The translations under genes were made by a program, and so were the position numbers. Shown here piece after piece: positions 19,493-28,547 of a DNA stretch of 64,000 nucleotides. Origin of the DNA: Nitrosopumilus sp. (lineage in GTDB: Archaea; Thermoproteota; Nitrososphaeria; Nitrososphaerales; Nitrosopumilaceae); NCBI GenBank assembly GCA_965206745.1, contig OZ242220.1, positions 1,344,001 through 1,408,000 on the forward strand, written 5' to 3'. Each line of letters opens with the position of its first letter. Positions within the stretch are counted from its first letter, which is position 1. The notes below the pieces were generated by a model. The model did no database searches, was not told the origin of the DNA, and saw nothing but the letters and a program-made list of their open reading frames with translations.

Positions 19493-21080
19493 GGCCAGCA
19501 TCAACTATTTCAGGCAAGACATTTTCAAATTTCATGAAATTTTCAACAAACATTTGTGCTAGTTTTTTGGCAGAAAGATCATAGGAATCTTTGTCAATCC
19601 AGGTATTTTTTGGATCCAAAATTTCAGAAGGGACGCCTTCTACTTGAACAGGGACATCGAGGTTGAGCAGATCATCGTGTCGGTATTTGACTATATCAAG
19701 TGCGCCAGATATGGCAGCAGTGACCATTGCGCGACTGTATTTGATCTTGATTCTTTTTCCAACCCCGTATGGGCCGCCGGACCATCCCGTATTTACCAAG
19801 TAGACTATGGTATTATGTTGATTAATTTTCTCACCAAGAAGTTTTGCATAAACGGATGCAGATCTAGGCATGAATGGGGCCCCAAAGCACTGGGAAAACA
19901 CAGATTTTGGTTCTTTGATTCCTCTTTCGGTTCCGGCCAACTTGCTAGTATAGCCAGACATGAAATGATACATTGCGCTCTCTTTTGTGAGTCGGGAAAC
20001 AGGAGGTAAAACACCCAATGCATCTGCAGTCAAGAACACAATAACACGGGGATTCCCACCCACGCTAGGTATTACCGCACCGGGTATGTAATCAAGAGGG
20101 TACCCAACACGGGTATTTTCTGTTAATGAGTTATCATCATAATCGGGAACGTTATCCTTTAGGACAACGTTTTCCAAGATTGCACCAGGCTTGATTGCAT
20201 TCCAAATTTCAGGTTCTGCATCCTGGCTGAGGTTGATGCATTTTGCATAGCATCCACCTTCAAAGTTAAAAGTTCCATTATCAGACCAGCCATGCTCATC
20301 ATCACCAATCAATTTTCTGTTAGGATCTGCTGAGAGGGTGGTTTTGCCAGTGCCAGACAATCCAAAGAACAATGCAGTGTCCCCTTTTTCGCCAATATTT
20401 GCAGAGCAGTGCATTGGGAAGATGCCACTTTCAGGTAAAAGAAAGTTCATCACACTGAACATTGATTTTTTCATTTCACCAGCATATTCGGTTCCTCCAA
20501 TCAAAACAATCTTTCGGGTCAAGTCAACCAGGATAAAAACATCAGATCTTGTACCGTCGATTTCAGGGTCCGCCAAAAAATCGTTTATGCACAAGATTGT
20601 AAATTCCGGTTCATGTTTTTCTAACTCTTCGTTTGTAGGTCTGATAAACAGATTGCTAGAAAACATACTCTGCCACACATGATCATTAATCACTCTGATT
20701 GGCAGACGAGTTTCAGGGTCAGCGCCTACAAAACCATCAAAAACAAACAGTTCTTTATTATCAACAAAGTCCTTCATTTTTTCAAAGAGTTTTTCAAATT
20801 TGCCGCTTGGGAATTGGTGGTTAATTTTTCCCCAATCAACTGTATCGTGTGTTTTATCATCATATACGATAAACCGGTCATCAGGGGATCTGCCAGTATA
20901 TTTGCCTGTGTTTACAGAAAGTGAGCCAGTAGAATTTACAATGCCCTCGTTCCTTTCAACTGCCAATCTTACCATATCATCCACGCTTAGGTTTCGGTGG
21001 ACTTTGGAGGGTTTGATCCCAAAAGCAATCAATTGTGAAGAGAATTTCTCAGTTGATGCAGTACCAAGTAATTGGGTCAG
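19476..21080 (-). CDS. pckA: phosphoenolpyruvate carboxykinase (ATP); probable CTG start at 21080 (track start TTG 21032)
   Basis: TGRSP, YAGEMKK, MHCSAN, GLSGTGKTT, FNFEGGCYAK, CFGAPF. Confidence 0.96.
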   Translation of the reverse strand: MTQLLGTASTEKFSSQLIAFGIKPSKVHRNLSVDDMVRLAVERNEGIVNSTGSLSVNTGKYTGRSPDDRFIVYDDKTHDTVDWGKINHQFPSGKFEKLFEKMKDFVDNKELFVFDGFVGADPETRLPIRVINDHVWQSMFSSNLFIRPTNEELEKHEPEFTILCINDFLADPEIDGTRSDVFILVDLTRKIVLIGGTEYAGEMKKSMFSVMNFLLPESGIFPMHCSANIGEKGDTALFFGLSGTGKTTLSADPNRKLIGDDEHGWSDNGTFNFEGGCYAKCINLSQDAEPEIWNAIKPGAILENVVLKDNVPDYDDNSLTENTRVGYPLDYIPGAVIPSVGGNPRVIVFLTADALGVLPPVSRLTKESAMYHFMSGYTSKLAGTERGIKEPKSVFSQCFGAPFMPRSASVYAKLLGEKINQHNTIVYLVNTGWSGGPYGVGKRIKIKYSRAMVTAAISGALDIVKYRHDDLLNLDVPVQVEGVPSEILDPKNTWIDKDSYDLSAKKLAQMFVENFMKFENVLPEIVDAGPKIPQ

Positions 21081-21089
21081 AGGATTATG

Positions 21090-21094
21090 CCTCC
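21090..21094 (-). promoter_or_regulatory. Shine-Dalgarno-like GGAGG 9 nt upstream of the in-frame CTG of pckA
   Basis: Minus strand reads GGAGG-CATAATCCT-CTG-ACC-CAA. Confidence 0.5.
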
Positions 21095-21227
21095 AAAAAT
21101 AATTTTGTCAATCCCAGGCAGATTCATGAGATAATCGATCCGCCTAGGTTTCCTTATTATCTTTTTCTTATAGAGAATTTTTTTCCACCTAGGAACGTAT
21201 TTATTCTAAAATTCAAGACTCAATCTC

Positions 21228-21632
21228 ATGACGATCAACAAGGAATTACTTGCAAAGAGACAGGAGGCCAAAGAGCACAAGCCTGACTTTGTCAGGCCAG
21301 AAAGTTGGCGTTATGTGAGACTCCAAACCAATTGGAGAAAACCAAAAGGTATTGATCACCATCAGAGAAAACAGAAAAGCAGAGGTCGTCCGGGTCTCGT
21401 CAAGGTCGGATACGGCGGACCTAAAGTTGCAAGAGGACTGCACCCTTCAGGATTTACAGATAACCTAGTTTTCAACTTGAAGGATTTGGAGGGGCTGGAT
21501 CCAAAAAAAGATGGCGTGAGATTTGGCCACAGTGTCGGAACCAGGAAAAGAAAGGAGATCATAGTTAAAGCAATTGAACAAAAATTCAAAATTTTTAATG
21601 CCAGGGTGAGTGCAAGTGGTAGTAAACCTTAA
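21228..21632 (+). CDS. rpl32e: 50S ribosomal protein eL32
   Basis: FVRPESWRY, WRKPKGID, GYGGP, RGLHPSG. Confidence 0.97.
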   Translation: MTINKELLAKRQEAKEHKPDFVRPESWRYVRLQTNWRKPKGIDHHQRKQKSRGRPGLVKVGYGGPKVARGLHPSGFTDNLVFNLKDLEGLDPKKDGVRFGHSVGTRKRKEIIVKAIEQKFKIFNARVSASGSKP

Positions 21633-22071
21633 AGCTAAAAAAAGGCTTGCAGCCAGGGTTACGGGTGTCGGAGTCAACAGAATCAGATTTGATTCAGACC
21701 ATTTGGATGAGATTGCAGATGCAATTACAAGAGAAAACATCAGAAGCCTCATAACAGCAAACACGATCAAGGTTAAATCATTTACAGGAACATCAAGGGG
21801 AAGGGCACACCAAAAGAAAGCTCAGAGAAATAAGAGGGGTACAACTCAGGGTTCCAAGCAGGGAACCAAGGGTGCAAGAGTAGGCAAGAAGGAAGTCTAT
21901 GTTGCAAAGGTAAGGGCACTCAGGCGACTATTGAAAATTGCAAAAGACAGAAAAGACTTGACCAACCCAGAATTCTGGACCCTTTACAAAAAGGTCGGCG
22001 GAAACACAGTTAGAAACAAGGCACATCTGAGAACTCTGATGGAAGAGATCAAAGAAAAACGAAAAGATTAG
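21616..22071 (+). CDS. rpl19e: 50S ribosomal protein eL19
   Basis: KRLAA, AITRENIR, SRGR, G.KGAR; GGTGA SD before GTG at 21616. Confidence 0.96.
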   Translation: MVVNLKAKKRLAARVTGVGVNRIRFDSDHLDEIADAITRENIRSLITANTIKVKSFTGTSRGRAHQKKAQRNKRGTTQGSKQGTKGARVGKKEVYVAKVRALRRLLKIAKDRKDLTNPEFWTLYKKVGGNTVRNKAHLRTLMEEIKEKRKD

Positions 22072-22367
22072 AATCTATAAAGCATACTTTCCAATTCCAC
22101 AACTTTGCCATTTTGAATCTTTATCCCTTCATCATTTAGCATCTTTGTTTTTACATGCTCACCATAAGCATATCCGCCAATTTTTCCACTGGACATTACA
22201 ACCCTATGGCAGGGAATAATTACAGGATACGGATTTTTGTTCATTATCCTTCCAATTGCCCGTTGGCCATTTTTTAATCCAACAGCTTTTGCCAAATCCC
22301 CATAAGTGGTAATTTGTCCTTTGGGAACCTCGAGTAATTTTTTGTAGATCTTTTGTTCAAGATTCAT
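22068..22367 (-). CDS. ogt: O6-methylguanine-DNA methyltransferase (single C-terminal domain)
   Basis: TTYG, RAIG, NP, PCHRV active site. Confidence 0.92.
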   Translation of the reverse strand: MNLEQKIYKKLLEVPKGQITTYGDLAKAVGLKNGQRAIGRIMNKNPYPVIIPCHRVVMSSGKIGGYAYGEHVKTKMLNDEGIKIQNGKVVELESMLYRF

Positions 22368-23140
22368 AGTTTGATGACCTCGAGTTCTGTGGATTCAAGA
22401 AGATCAAGTATCTTTTGTTTGGAAGAACCAAGTCCACGCCAATCCAAGAGAGCAGTTTTTGCCATGCTATTTTGTTCCAAAATATGAGAAAACAGTCTTT
22501 CGTCAAGATCATCTAACGCATGCTTTGGAACAACTGTCCCAAGGGCATATTTTCCACCTAGCAACTCATTTGTGAATTTTGACGGATAATGAGTTCCGCC
22601 AAAACAGATTGCCACAGGATGTTCCTTAATCGGCTCAGACATTACTTTGTGGACCAATAATGCAACAGAGTTGCACAGAGACTCATCGGTCCATTGTTTT
22701 TCAGTGGTGCCGATTTCTACAAATATCGAGGGTTTGGTCAGTGCAGTAGGCCCATGGTGAGTTGCCTCTATAGTGATTTGGAAATCCGGAAATTGCGATT
22801 GGTTTTTCTTTAAGGTTTGAAGATACATTTTTTGAAAATCAGGTTTCGGAACTGCCACCTGGTTATCATTCCCACCGAATTTTGCAGTAGAAAAGTTTCC
22901 AGTACTATGACACGTCAAAGCCAACACTCCGGATTCAGCTGCATGTTTTGAGAGAAAGACAAATCCATCATAGTCATATTTTTCTTCCAACCAATCAGCG
23001 GAAATTGCAGGCGTCTGAATAACTACAAGATCATAGTATTGTCCGTGAAAAATATCGCCGTCCTTAGACATTTCTTGGGAAAGATATTTTGCCATATTAT
23101 GACCTGCAGGGTCATCCTGATACGCAACTAGCAATTCCAT
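22364..23140 (-). CDS. dtdA: D-aminoacyl-tRNA deacylase (archaeal DTD2)
   Basis: DPAG, FLSKH, CHSTGN, EATHHGPT, FVEIG, GGTHY; start at internal ATG 23140. Confidence 0.92.
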   Translation of the reverse strand: MELLVAYQDDPAGHNMAKYLSQEMSKDGDIFHGQYYDLVVIQTPAISADWLEEKYDYDGFVFLSKHAAESGVLALTCHSTGNFSTAKFGGNDNQVAVPKPDFQKMYLQTLKKNQSQFPDFQITIEATHHGPTALTKPSIFVEIGTTEKQWTDESLCNSVALLVHKVMSEPIKEHPVAICFGGTHYPSKFTNELLGGKYALGTVVPKHALDDLDERLFSHILEQNSMAKTALLDWRGLGSSKQKILDLLESTELEVIKL

Positions 23141-23179
23141 GAGATAAGAGATATAAGACCACTTTATTAATTTCCAACA

Positions 23180-23353
23180 ATGAACCCTAGACAAACTTTG
23201 AAAAACATGGCCAATACCCTGAAAATGGCCAAAAAACCAGACAAGGATGAGTATCAGCAACATCTCAGGCTAGTCTTGTTAGGAATAGCAGGGGTAGGAG
23301 CTATCGGTTTTACAATTCAGTTTGTCTTTTCTGTAATTACATATGAAGGGTAA
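23180..23353 (+). CDS. secE: protein translocase SecE/Sec61 gamma (57 aa)
   Basis: Below the track cutoff. Manual translation MNPRQTLKNMANTLKMAKKPDKDEYQQHLRLVLLGIAGVGAIGFTIQFVFSVITYEG; directly upstream of spt5. Confidence 0.93.
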   Translation: MNPRQTLKNMANTLKMAKKPDKDEYQQHLRLVLLGIAGVGAIGFTIQFVFSVITYEG

Positions 23354-23355
23354 AA

Positions 23356-23814
23356 TTGTCTGAGGAAATTAAATCACATTTATTTGCAATTAGGACCACA
23401 GGAGGACAAGAAAAAGTAGTAATGAGACTGTTGGAGGCAAAGGCTAATGCAAATCAGATTAACATTCAATCAGTATTTTGGGTAGGCGACTTGAAGGGGT
23501 ACGTCGTCATAGAGGCAATCAATCCCAGTGATGCCTACATGGCAGTAGAAGGAGTCAGACATATTCGAGGTCAGCTAAGGGGGGAATTGGAATTCAAAGA
23601 TATCGAAGGATATCTAGTAAAGAAATCAACGGTTTCACAATTGGCAATAGATAACATAGTGGAGATCACAGGTGGACCATTTAAGGGAATGAAGGCGACA
23701 ATTACCAGAATTGACATAGACAAGGAAGAGGCAACGGTAGTTTTGCTAGATGCATCATATCAATTACCAGTCACAGTAGACGCAAACTACCTAAAGCTAT
23801 CCAGTGAGGCTTAG
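23356..23814 (+). CDS. spt5: transcription elongation factor Spt5
   Basis: RTTGGQE, KGYVVIE, KOW motif GGPFKG. Confidence 0.97.
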   Translation: MSEEIKSHLFAIRTTGGQEKVVMRLLEAKANANQINIQSVFWVGDLKGYVVIEAINPSDAYMAVEGVRHIRGQLRGELEFKDIEGYLVKKSTVSQLAIDNIVEITGGPFKGMKATITRIDIDKEEATVVLLDASYQLPVTVDANYLKLSSEA

Positions 23815-23849
23815 TAAGGATTAAATTTTCAATTTGAGTTTGATTTAAC

Positions 23850-24329
23850 ATGGGAGAACAAAAAGTATCATCACTTGTAACAGGCGGAGGAGCATCAGCA
23901 GGCCCTCCCTTAGGCCCCGCATTAGGGCCCCTAGGAGTCAACATCATGCAAGTCATTCAAACAATTAATGACAAGACAAAGGATTTCGAGGGAATGAAAG
24001 TTCCAGTGACAGTAATTGTAGATACGGATACAAAAAAATATGAAATTGAGATTGGGATCCCATCGGCTGCAGCACTCATATTAAAAGAGGCAGGAATCCA
24101 GAAAGGCTCAGGAACATCAGGTACCGAATGGGTCGGAGACGTTACAATGGATTCAGTTGTCAAAGTGGCAAATACCAAGATTGCCAAATCCTATGCCTCA
24201 TCATTAAAATCAGTTGCAAAGACAATCATCGGAACCTGTCTTGCATTGGGAATCAAGGTGGAGGGAAAGACCCCAAAAGAGATTACAGTCGAGATCAATG
24301 AGGGCAAATGGGATGAAAAATTCCAATAG
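23850..24329 (+). CDS. rpl11: 50S ribosomal protein uL11
   Basis: AGPPLGPALGPLGVN, GMKVPV. Confidence 0.98.
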   Translation: MGEQKVSSLVTGGGASAGPPLGPALGPLGVNIMQVIQTINDKTKDFEGMKVPVTVIVDTDTKKYEIEIGIPSAAALILKEAGIQKGSGTSGTEWVGDVTMDSVVKVANTKIAKSYASSLKSVAKTIIGTCLALGIKVEGKTPKEITVEINEGKWDEKFQ

Positions 24330-24785
24330 TTACTGAATTAGATATACAGGATCTTTGTCGGTTTTTTGCAACTCTACGAATGTTTCAGTATTTTGAATGC
24401 CTTGAATTTTCCCGATTTTTGCAATTACAATGGAGTGTAGTGCCTCCAGATCCTTAGCATAAACGTGAATCATGATATCAAACCTGCCAGTTACCTCTGA
24501 AATGGATACTATTTCTGCAGTTTCCATGAGTTTTTTATGAATTGCATCCTTAAACTTTGGATCTCGGTTTATTCCAACAGAGGCCTTTACATTTATCCCC
24601 AAAAGGGAATCATCAATCTCAATTGTGAATTTTTTGATGAGTTTCTTCTTTATCAGTCTCTTGATTCGGCTGTAAAGGACAGACGCGTTAATGTCAAGTT
24701 TTTTGGATAGTGTGGGAACAGAGATTGCGCCATCAGTGGTAAGTTCAAAAAGTAATTTCATATCCAACTCATCAAAACGGTGCAA
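24330..24785 (-). CDS. Lrp/AsnC family transcriptional regulator
   Basis: N-terminal HTH (DELD..LL..L..D) and RAM domain EVTGRFD. Confidence 0.92.
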   Translation of the reverse strand: MHRFDELDMKLLFELTTDGAISVPTLSKKLDINASVLYSRIKRLIKKKLIKKFTIEIDDSLLGINVKASVGINRDPKFKDAIHKKLMETAEIVSISEVTGRFDIMIHVYAKDLEALHSIVIAKIGKIQGIQNTETFVELQKTDKDPVYLIQ

Positions 24786-24952
24786 TGTGCTTGAAAAATA
24801 TGCTCCTGATTTAATATATGTAGGTTTTTAACATAATTTCGACTATAATTGTAATAATTTTAGTGAAAAAATGTAATTTTTTAAAATAATTGATTGCTAA
24901 AAAACTCAATCTCTAAAGGATTTTAAGTAGGTTTTCTAGAAAATGTTTCGTA

Positions 24953-25615
24953 ATGATTACAGATGCCAGTATTACTGAGATGATAAAACAAGCAAAGACA
25001 GGAACAAAAGAGAGAAAGTTCAAACAGTCCATAGAATTAATCGTCACTTTCAAAGATATTGATGTGAAGAAAGGATTTGCAATTAACGAAGTTGTTCAAC
25101 TTCCAAAGACCAGTTCTCCTGCAACTGTGTGCATCATTGCCACAGGGGATATGAGTCAAAAGGCAAAGGCTGCAAAAGCAGACTCGGTAATAGGAATAGA
25201 AGAATTAGAAAGATTCGGAACCAACAAGAGAGAGTCCCGAAAATTCATCAACAATTATGATTTCTTTTTGGCAGATACCAAAGTCATGCCACTTGTAGGT
25301 AAGACACTAGGCCAGCTTTTAGGCCCCAGAGGAAAGATGCCAACGCCAGTTCCTTTTGATGCATCCATTGAAGCATTCCTGGAAAGATTTAGATCATGCA
25401 TCAAAGTAAGAACGAGGGCATCACTATCAATCTCATCTAAAATCGGAGACGTGTCTATGGATGAGGCAGATTTGACGATTAATGCCCACACAGTTCTCAA
25501 TGCAATAGAGAAGAAATTGCCAAACGGAGAGAAGAACATGAAAAAGATTCTAATTAAAACCACAATGGGCAAGCCGATAAAATTAGCACAAGAGGTTAAG
25601 AAAAAATATGCATGA
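24953..25615 (+). CDS. rpl1: 50S ribosomal protein uL1
   Basis: RKFKQSIEL, LGPRGKMP, KTTMG. Confidence 0.97.
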   Translation: MITDASITEMIKQAKTGTKERKFKQSIELIVTFKDIDVKKGFAINEVVQLPKTSSPATVCIIATGDMSQKAKAAKADSVIGIEELERFGTNKRESRKFINNYDFFLADTKVMPLVGKTLGQLLGPRGKMPTPVPFDASIEAFLERFRSCIKVRTRASLSISSKIGDVSMDEADLTINAHTVLNAIEKKLPNGEKNMKKILIKTTMGKPIKLAQEVKKKYA

Positions 25616-26474
25616 GAATAGAACCACCTACCCCAAGAGAAAGGCCCAAATGTACCAGCAGTTACAAGAATTGCCAAAAAAATACAAAGTTCTAGCCATA
25701 ATCAAAATGAGAAAAGTCCGCTCTACACAAATTCTCCCTTTAAGAAAAACACTGGCAGGGGATGTAGAGTTTTTCAGCATCAAGGATAAAGTCGCAAAGA
25801 AGGCATTTGAAAAATTAGATGTGCCAGGAGTCAAAGACATTGCAGACAAACTAACAGGACAATGCATGTTCCTATTTACAGACATGTCACCATTCAAGCT
25901 AAACGTTCTTCTTGCCAAAAACAGAGTTATGATGGCAGCAAGAGGGGGGGATCTTGCAAGTTTTGACATTGTGGTTCCTGCCAAAAACACAGGAATCGCA
26001 CCGGGGCCAATGCTTACAGAGTTTAAGGATGCAGGAATTCCAACCAAAATTGATCAAGGAACCATTTGGATTGCAAAAGACAGCACACCTGTTCTCAAAG
26101 GCGAGGCGATCAATGAAAAACTGGCATCCATTCTAGGCAAGTTAGACATCAAACCAGTAGAGGCGGGAATTTCACTATCATCGGCACTGGAGGGAGGAAC
26201 CGTATATGCAGAGCAAGAAATGGTAATTGATGTTGAGAAGATCAGAGACGCATTTGCTCAATTCCACCAAGAAGCAGTATCACTATCAATTGAGGCAGCA
26301 TATGTCACAGCGGAGAACATTTCACAGATTCTCAGCAAGGCTGCACAGTCTGCACGTTCCGTATCTGTAGAGTCAGGCTTTATCACTGATGAGACAAAGG
26401 AACAGATCTTGCAAAAAGCAGATTCCCAAGCAAGAGCAGTTGCTGGACAGGCAAAAGATTACACACCTGCCTAA
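25608..26474 (+). CDS. rpl10: 50S ribosomal protein uL10 (P0)
   Basis: DIVVPAKNTGIAPGP, IPTKIDQGTI, LDIKP. Confidence 0.96.
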   Translation: MHENRTTYPKRKAQMYQQLQELPKKYKVLAIIKMRKVRSTQILPLRKTLAGDVEFFSIKDKVAKKAFEKLDVPGVKDIADKLTGQCMFLFTDMSPFKLNVLLAKNRVMMAARGGDLASFDIVVPAKNTGIAPGPMLTEFKDAGIPTKIDQGTIWIAKDSTPVLKGEAINEKLASILGKLDIKPVEAGISLSSALEGGTVYAEQEMVIDVEKIRDAFAQFHQEAVSLSIEAAYVTAENISQILSKAAQSARSVSVESGFITDETKEQILQKADSQARAVAGQAKDYTPA

Positions 26475-26530
26475 GTCCTTCTGACCCTATAGGCAAATTC
26501 CAGTCATACTTTATTGCGGTCTGTTGCATG
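26471..26530 (-). pseudogene. possible 3' remnant of a TRIC-channel/UPF0126-like membrane protein gene
   Basis: Minus strand encodes TAIKYDWNLP and, after a 2-nt shift, RVRRT-stop, resembling the recalled AIKxxWxLP C-terminus of that family. Confidence 0.35.
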
Positions 26531-26641
26531 ACATCTCTAGGCGATAAAGAAATCGCCGATTCATCATGCCCAGAGTCATGTGACAAAGCAAGATTTGATA
26601 AAAACAAGGATGAAAAATAAATTTGATAAAAATAAAGTCGC

Positions 26642-26941
26642 CTAGCCAAACAGGGAAGACAGTCCTTCCATGGCTGCCTCTTCGTTTTTAGGCTCTTCTT
26701 TCTTTTTCTCTGCTGCCGGGGCCTCTGCTTTTGCTGCCGGGGCTGTGGTTGCTGCTGCAACTGCTACAGGGGCGGCTTTGACTGCATCATCGATGTTGAC
26801 ATCGGCCAAGGCTGCAACTAGTGATTTAACTTGGGCCTCATTTACTTCAGCACCAGATGCCTTGACAACTGATGTGAGGTTGGCCTCGTTAACTTCTTTG
26901 CTTAGTTTGTGGAGAAGTAAAGCAGCGTAAACATATTCCAT
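26642..26941 (-). CDS. rpl12: 50S ribosomal stalk protein P1/L12
   Basis: [11 protein letters not shown], Ala-rich hinge, EGLSSLFG. Confidence 0.97.
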   Translation of the reverse strand: MEYVYAALLLHKLSKEVNEANLTSVVKASGAEVNEAQVKSLVAALADVNIDDAVKAAPVAVAAATTAPAAKAEAPAAEKKKEEPKNEEAAMEGLSSLFG

Positions 26942-27382
26942 TGTATCAGGATTTTCTTGGGGCATAATATAAAACTATGGAGAAATTCTGACTCTGGTCA
27001 AGATTAATGATCTCTCCCAGTTACTGTTCAATGGTGAGATAAAACACGATCTTCTTCGAATTCAAAAAAACACTCCGGCTTTGATCAAATACAGTGATCA
27101 GATCACCCTTTATGACCAGAGTGCGTTTTTCTACATTCATCGTTAGTCATTGTATGGAAATAACTATCACATTGCCTGAATCTAGTCTTACTATCTAGAT
27201 ATGTTCCGAGATATTGTTCACATTAATTTTTTAATTATGGTTTTTAGGAAATTGGAATCGATTAGAGATGATTTTATGCATAGACAAACCCACATTAGCT
27301 TATCATCTGATTATGAATCGGAAGAAGACATCTATTTATGATCAGGACTACATTTATCTAATTAAAACTGTTAATACACAAC

Positions 27383-27571
27383 ATGAATGATACAGTGCAG
27401 TACACTAGAATACGGGTATCAGATATTGATGATGAAATAAAAATGGTTTCAGAATTGAGAAAAATAGGCAATCCTTTCAAAGTCATCTCTAAAACAGATT
27501 ATATAATATCAAACAAACAATGTAAAGTTTTGAGAAATAAAAAAATACCCTACAAAGTTATTAAAGAATGA
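27383..27571 (+). CDS. small basic hypothetical protein (62 aa)
   Basis: AT-rich ORF with TATA-like AT run upstream; stop overlaps the next ATG (ATGA). Confidence 0.55.
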   Translation: MNDTVQYTRIRVSDIDDEIKMVSELRKIGNPFKVISKTDYIISNKQCKVLRNKKIPYKVIKE

Positions 27572-27853
27572 CCAAATTTCAATCCAAAATAAAACTCCAT
27601 TTTACATTTCCTTTAGAGTTCAATGATCATACAAGTGCCCAATAAAGAATTTGTTCGAGTTAAGAATTATTTTATGGATCAATATGAGGGAGTTACAATT
27701 ACAGGACCTTCTCAGGGTTATTGGTCACATTCCAAATTGGAATATAGAGATGAGACAGTTGAGTATTTTGTACTTGTATCCGGACAAAAATTTCTCAAAC
27801 AAATTAAACCAGATTTAATAAAACAGATCAATAGAGGTTCGGGTCAAGATTAG
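27568..27853 (+). pseudogene. frameshifted, probably C-terminally truncated small hypothetical protein
   Basis: ATG 27568 gives MTKFQSKIKLHFTFPLEFNDHT; a shift near 27634 continues VPNKEFVRVKNYFMDQYEGVTITGPSQGYW...YRD. Confidence 0.55.
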
Positions 27854-28359
27854 TTTAGGATTTTTAGACTTCTGCAAACAGAATACAGCGTTCGCTTTAG
27901 AGTCTTATCTGTCAGAGTATCCATCCTGTGTCTTAAAACTCGTTTTGCTTCATCCCTCTCAGAACCCTCCGGTAATGATAAGACAGTATTGATAAACTCA
28001 GGCAATGATTCGCGAATCCAACCATCTAGCATTGCATAGATTCTCGGAGGAATAATATCACATTTGTCAGTGTCAAGATCTAGCACTGCGGCATAATTTT
28101 CATGTTCGACCCTATACACCAAAGCCAGTACCACGTTATCAGGGGTGGGATGCTGGAGGATTTCTCTGGATCGTTCTCCAGTTTTTCCTTGGATAATCTT
28201 ATTTTTCAGGCCTATCGGATTTACAATCACCCCGTTAACGCCAACTTTGCGCCCATCAACACCAGTGATTATACCAAAAATAAAGTCATTGAACTCGCCA
28301 TTTTTTTTAATTGAGAAAATCGAAGTGCCTTCTTTTAAAACAGGTTTCCGTCCAAACAT
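27850..28359 (-). CDS. conserved hypothetical protein
   Basis: Intact 169-aa ORF with ordinary composition. Confidence 0.8.
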   Translation of the reverse strand: MFGRKPVLKEGTSIFSIKKNGEFNDFIFGIITGVDGRKVGVNGVIVNPIGLKNKIIQGKTGERSREILQHPTPDNVVLALVYRVEHENYAAVLDLDTDKCDIIPPRIYAMLDGWIRESLPEFINTVLSLPEGSERDEAKRVLRHRMDTLTDKTLKRTLYSVCRSLKILN

Positions 28360-28547
28360 GAATAGAGTACGTCAGGTATTGTATTTATTCTTGCCCAATA
28401 TGACTTTGATTCCAATAGAGCACTACAAAACAAAATTATCAGTAAAATTTTTCCCAAGACCATCTTACTGCAAGAATTCATGGCTAATCAGGACATGATA
28501 AATTTACTTTTCTTAAAATAAGACAATGCAAGGGAGAATTAGAAAAG

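Noticed and set aside
21035-21286. 83-aa plus-strand ORF upstream of rpl32e
   Set aside because: Overlaps the pckA 5' extension and the divergent promoter region; no recognisable features.
26383-26760. 125-aa minus-strand ORF as a frameshift extension of rpl12
   Set aside because: rpl12 ends normally at GLSSLFG; the ORF is an off-frame overlap running through the intergenic scar.
27020-27140. 39-aa minus-strand ORF MNVEKRTLVIKGDL...
   Set aside because: Too short and no recognisable motif; counted only as possible decay debris.
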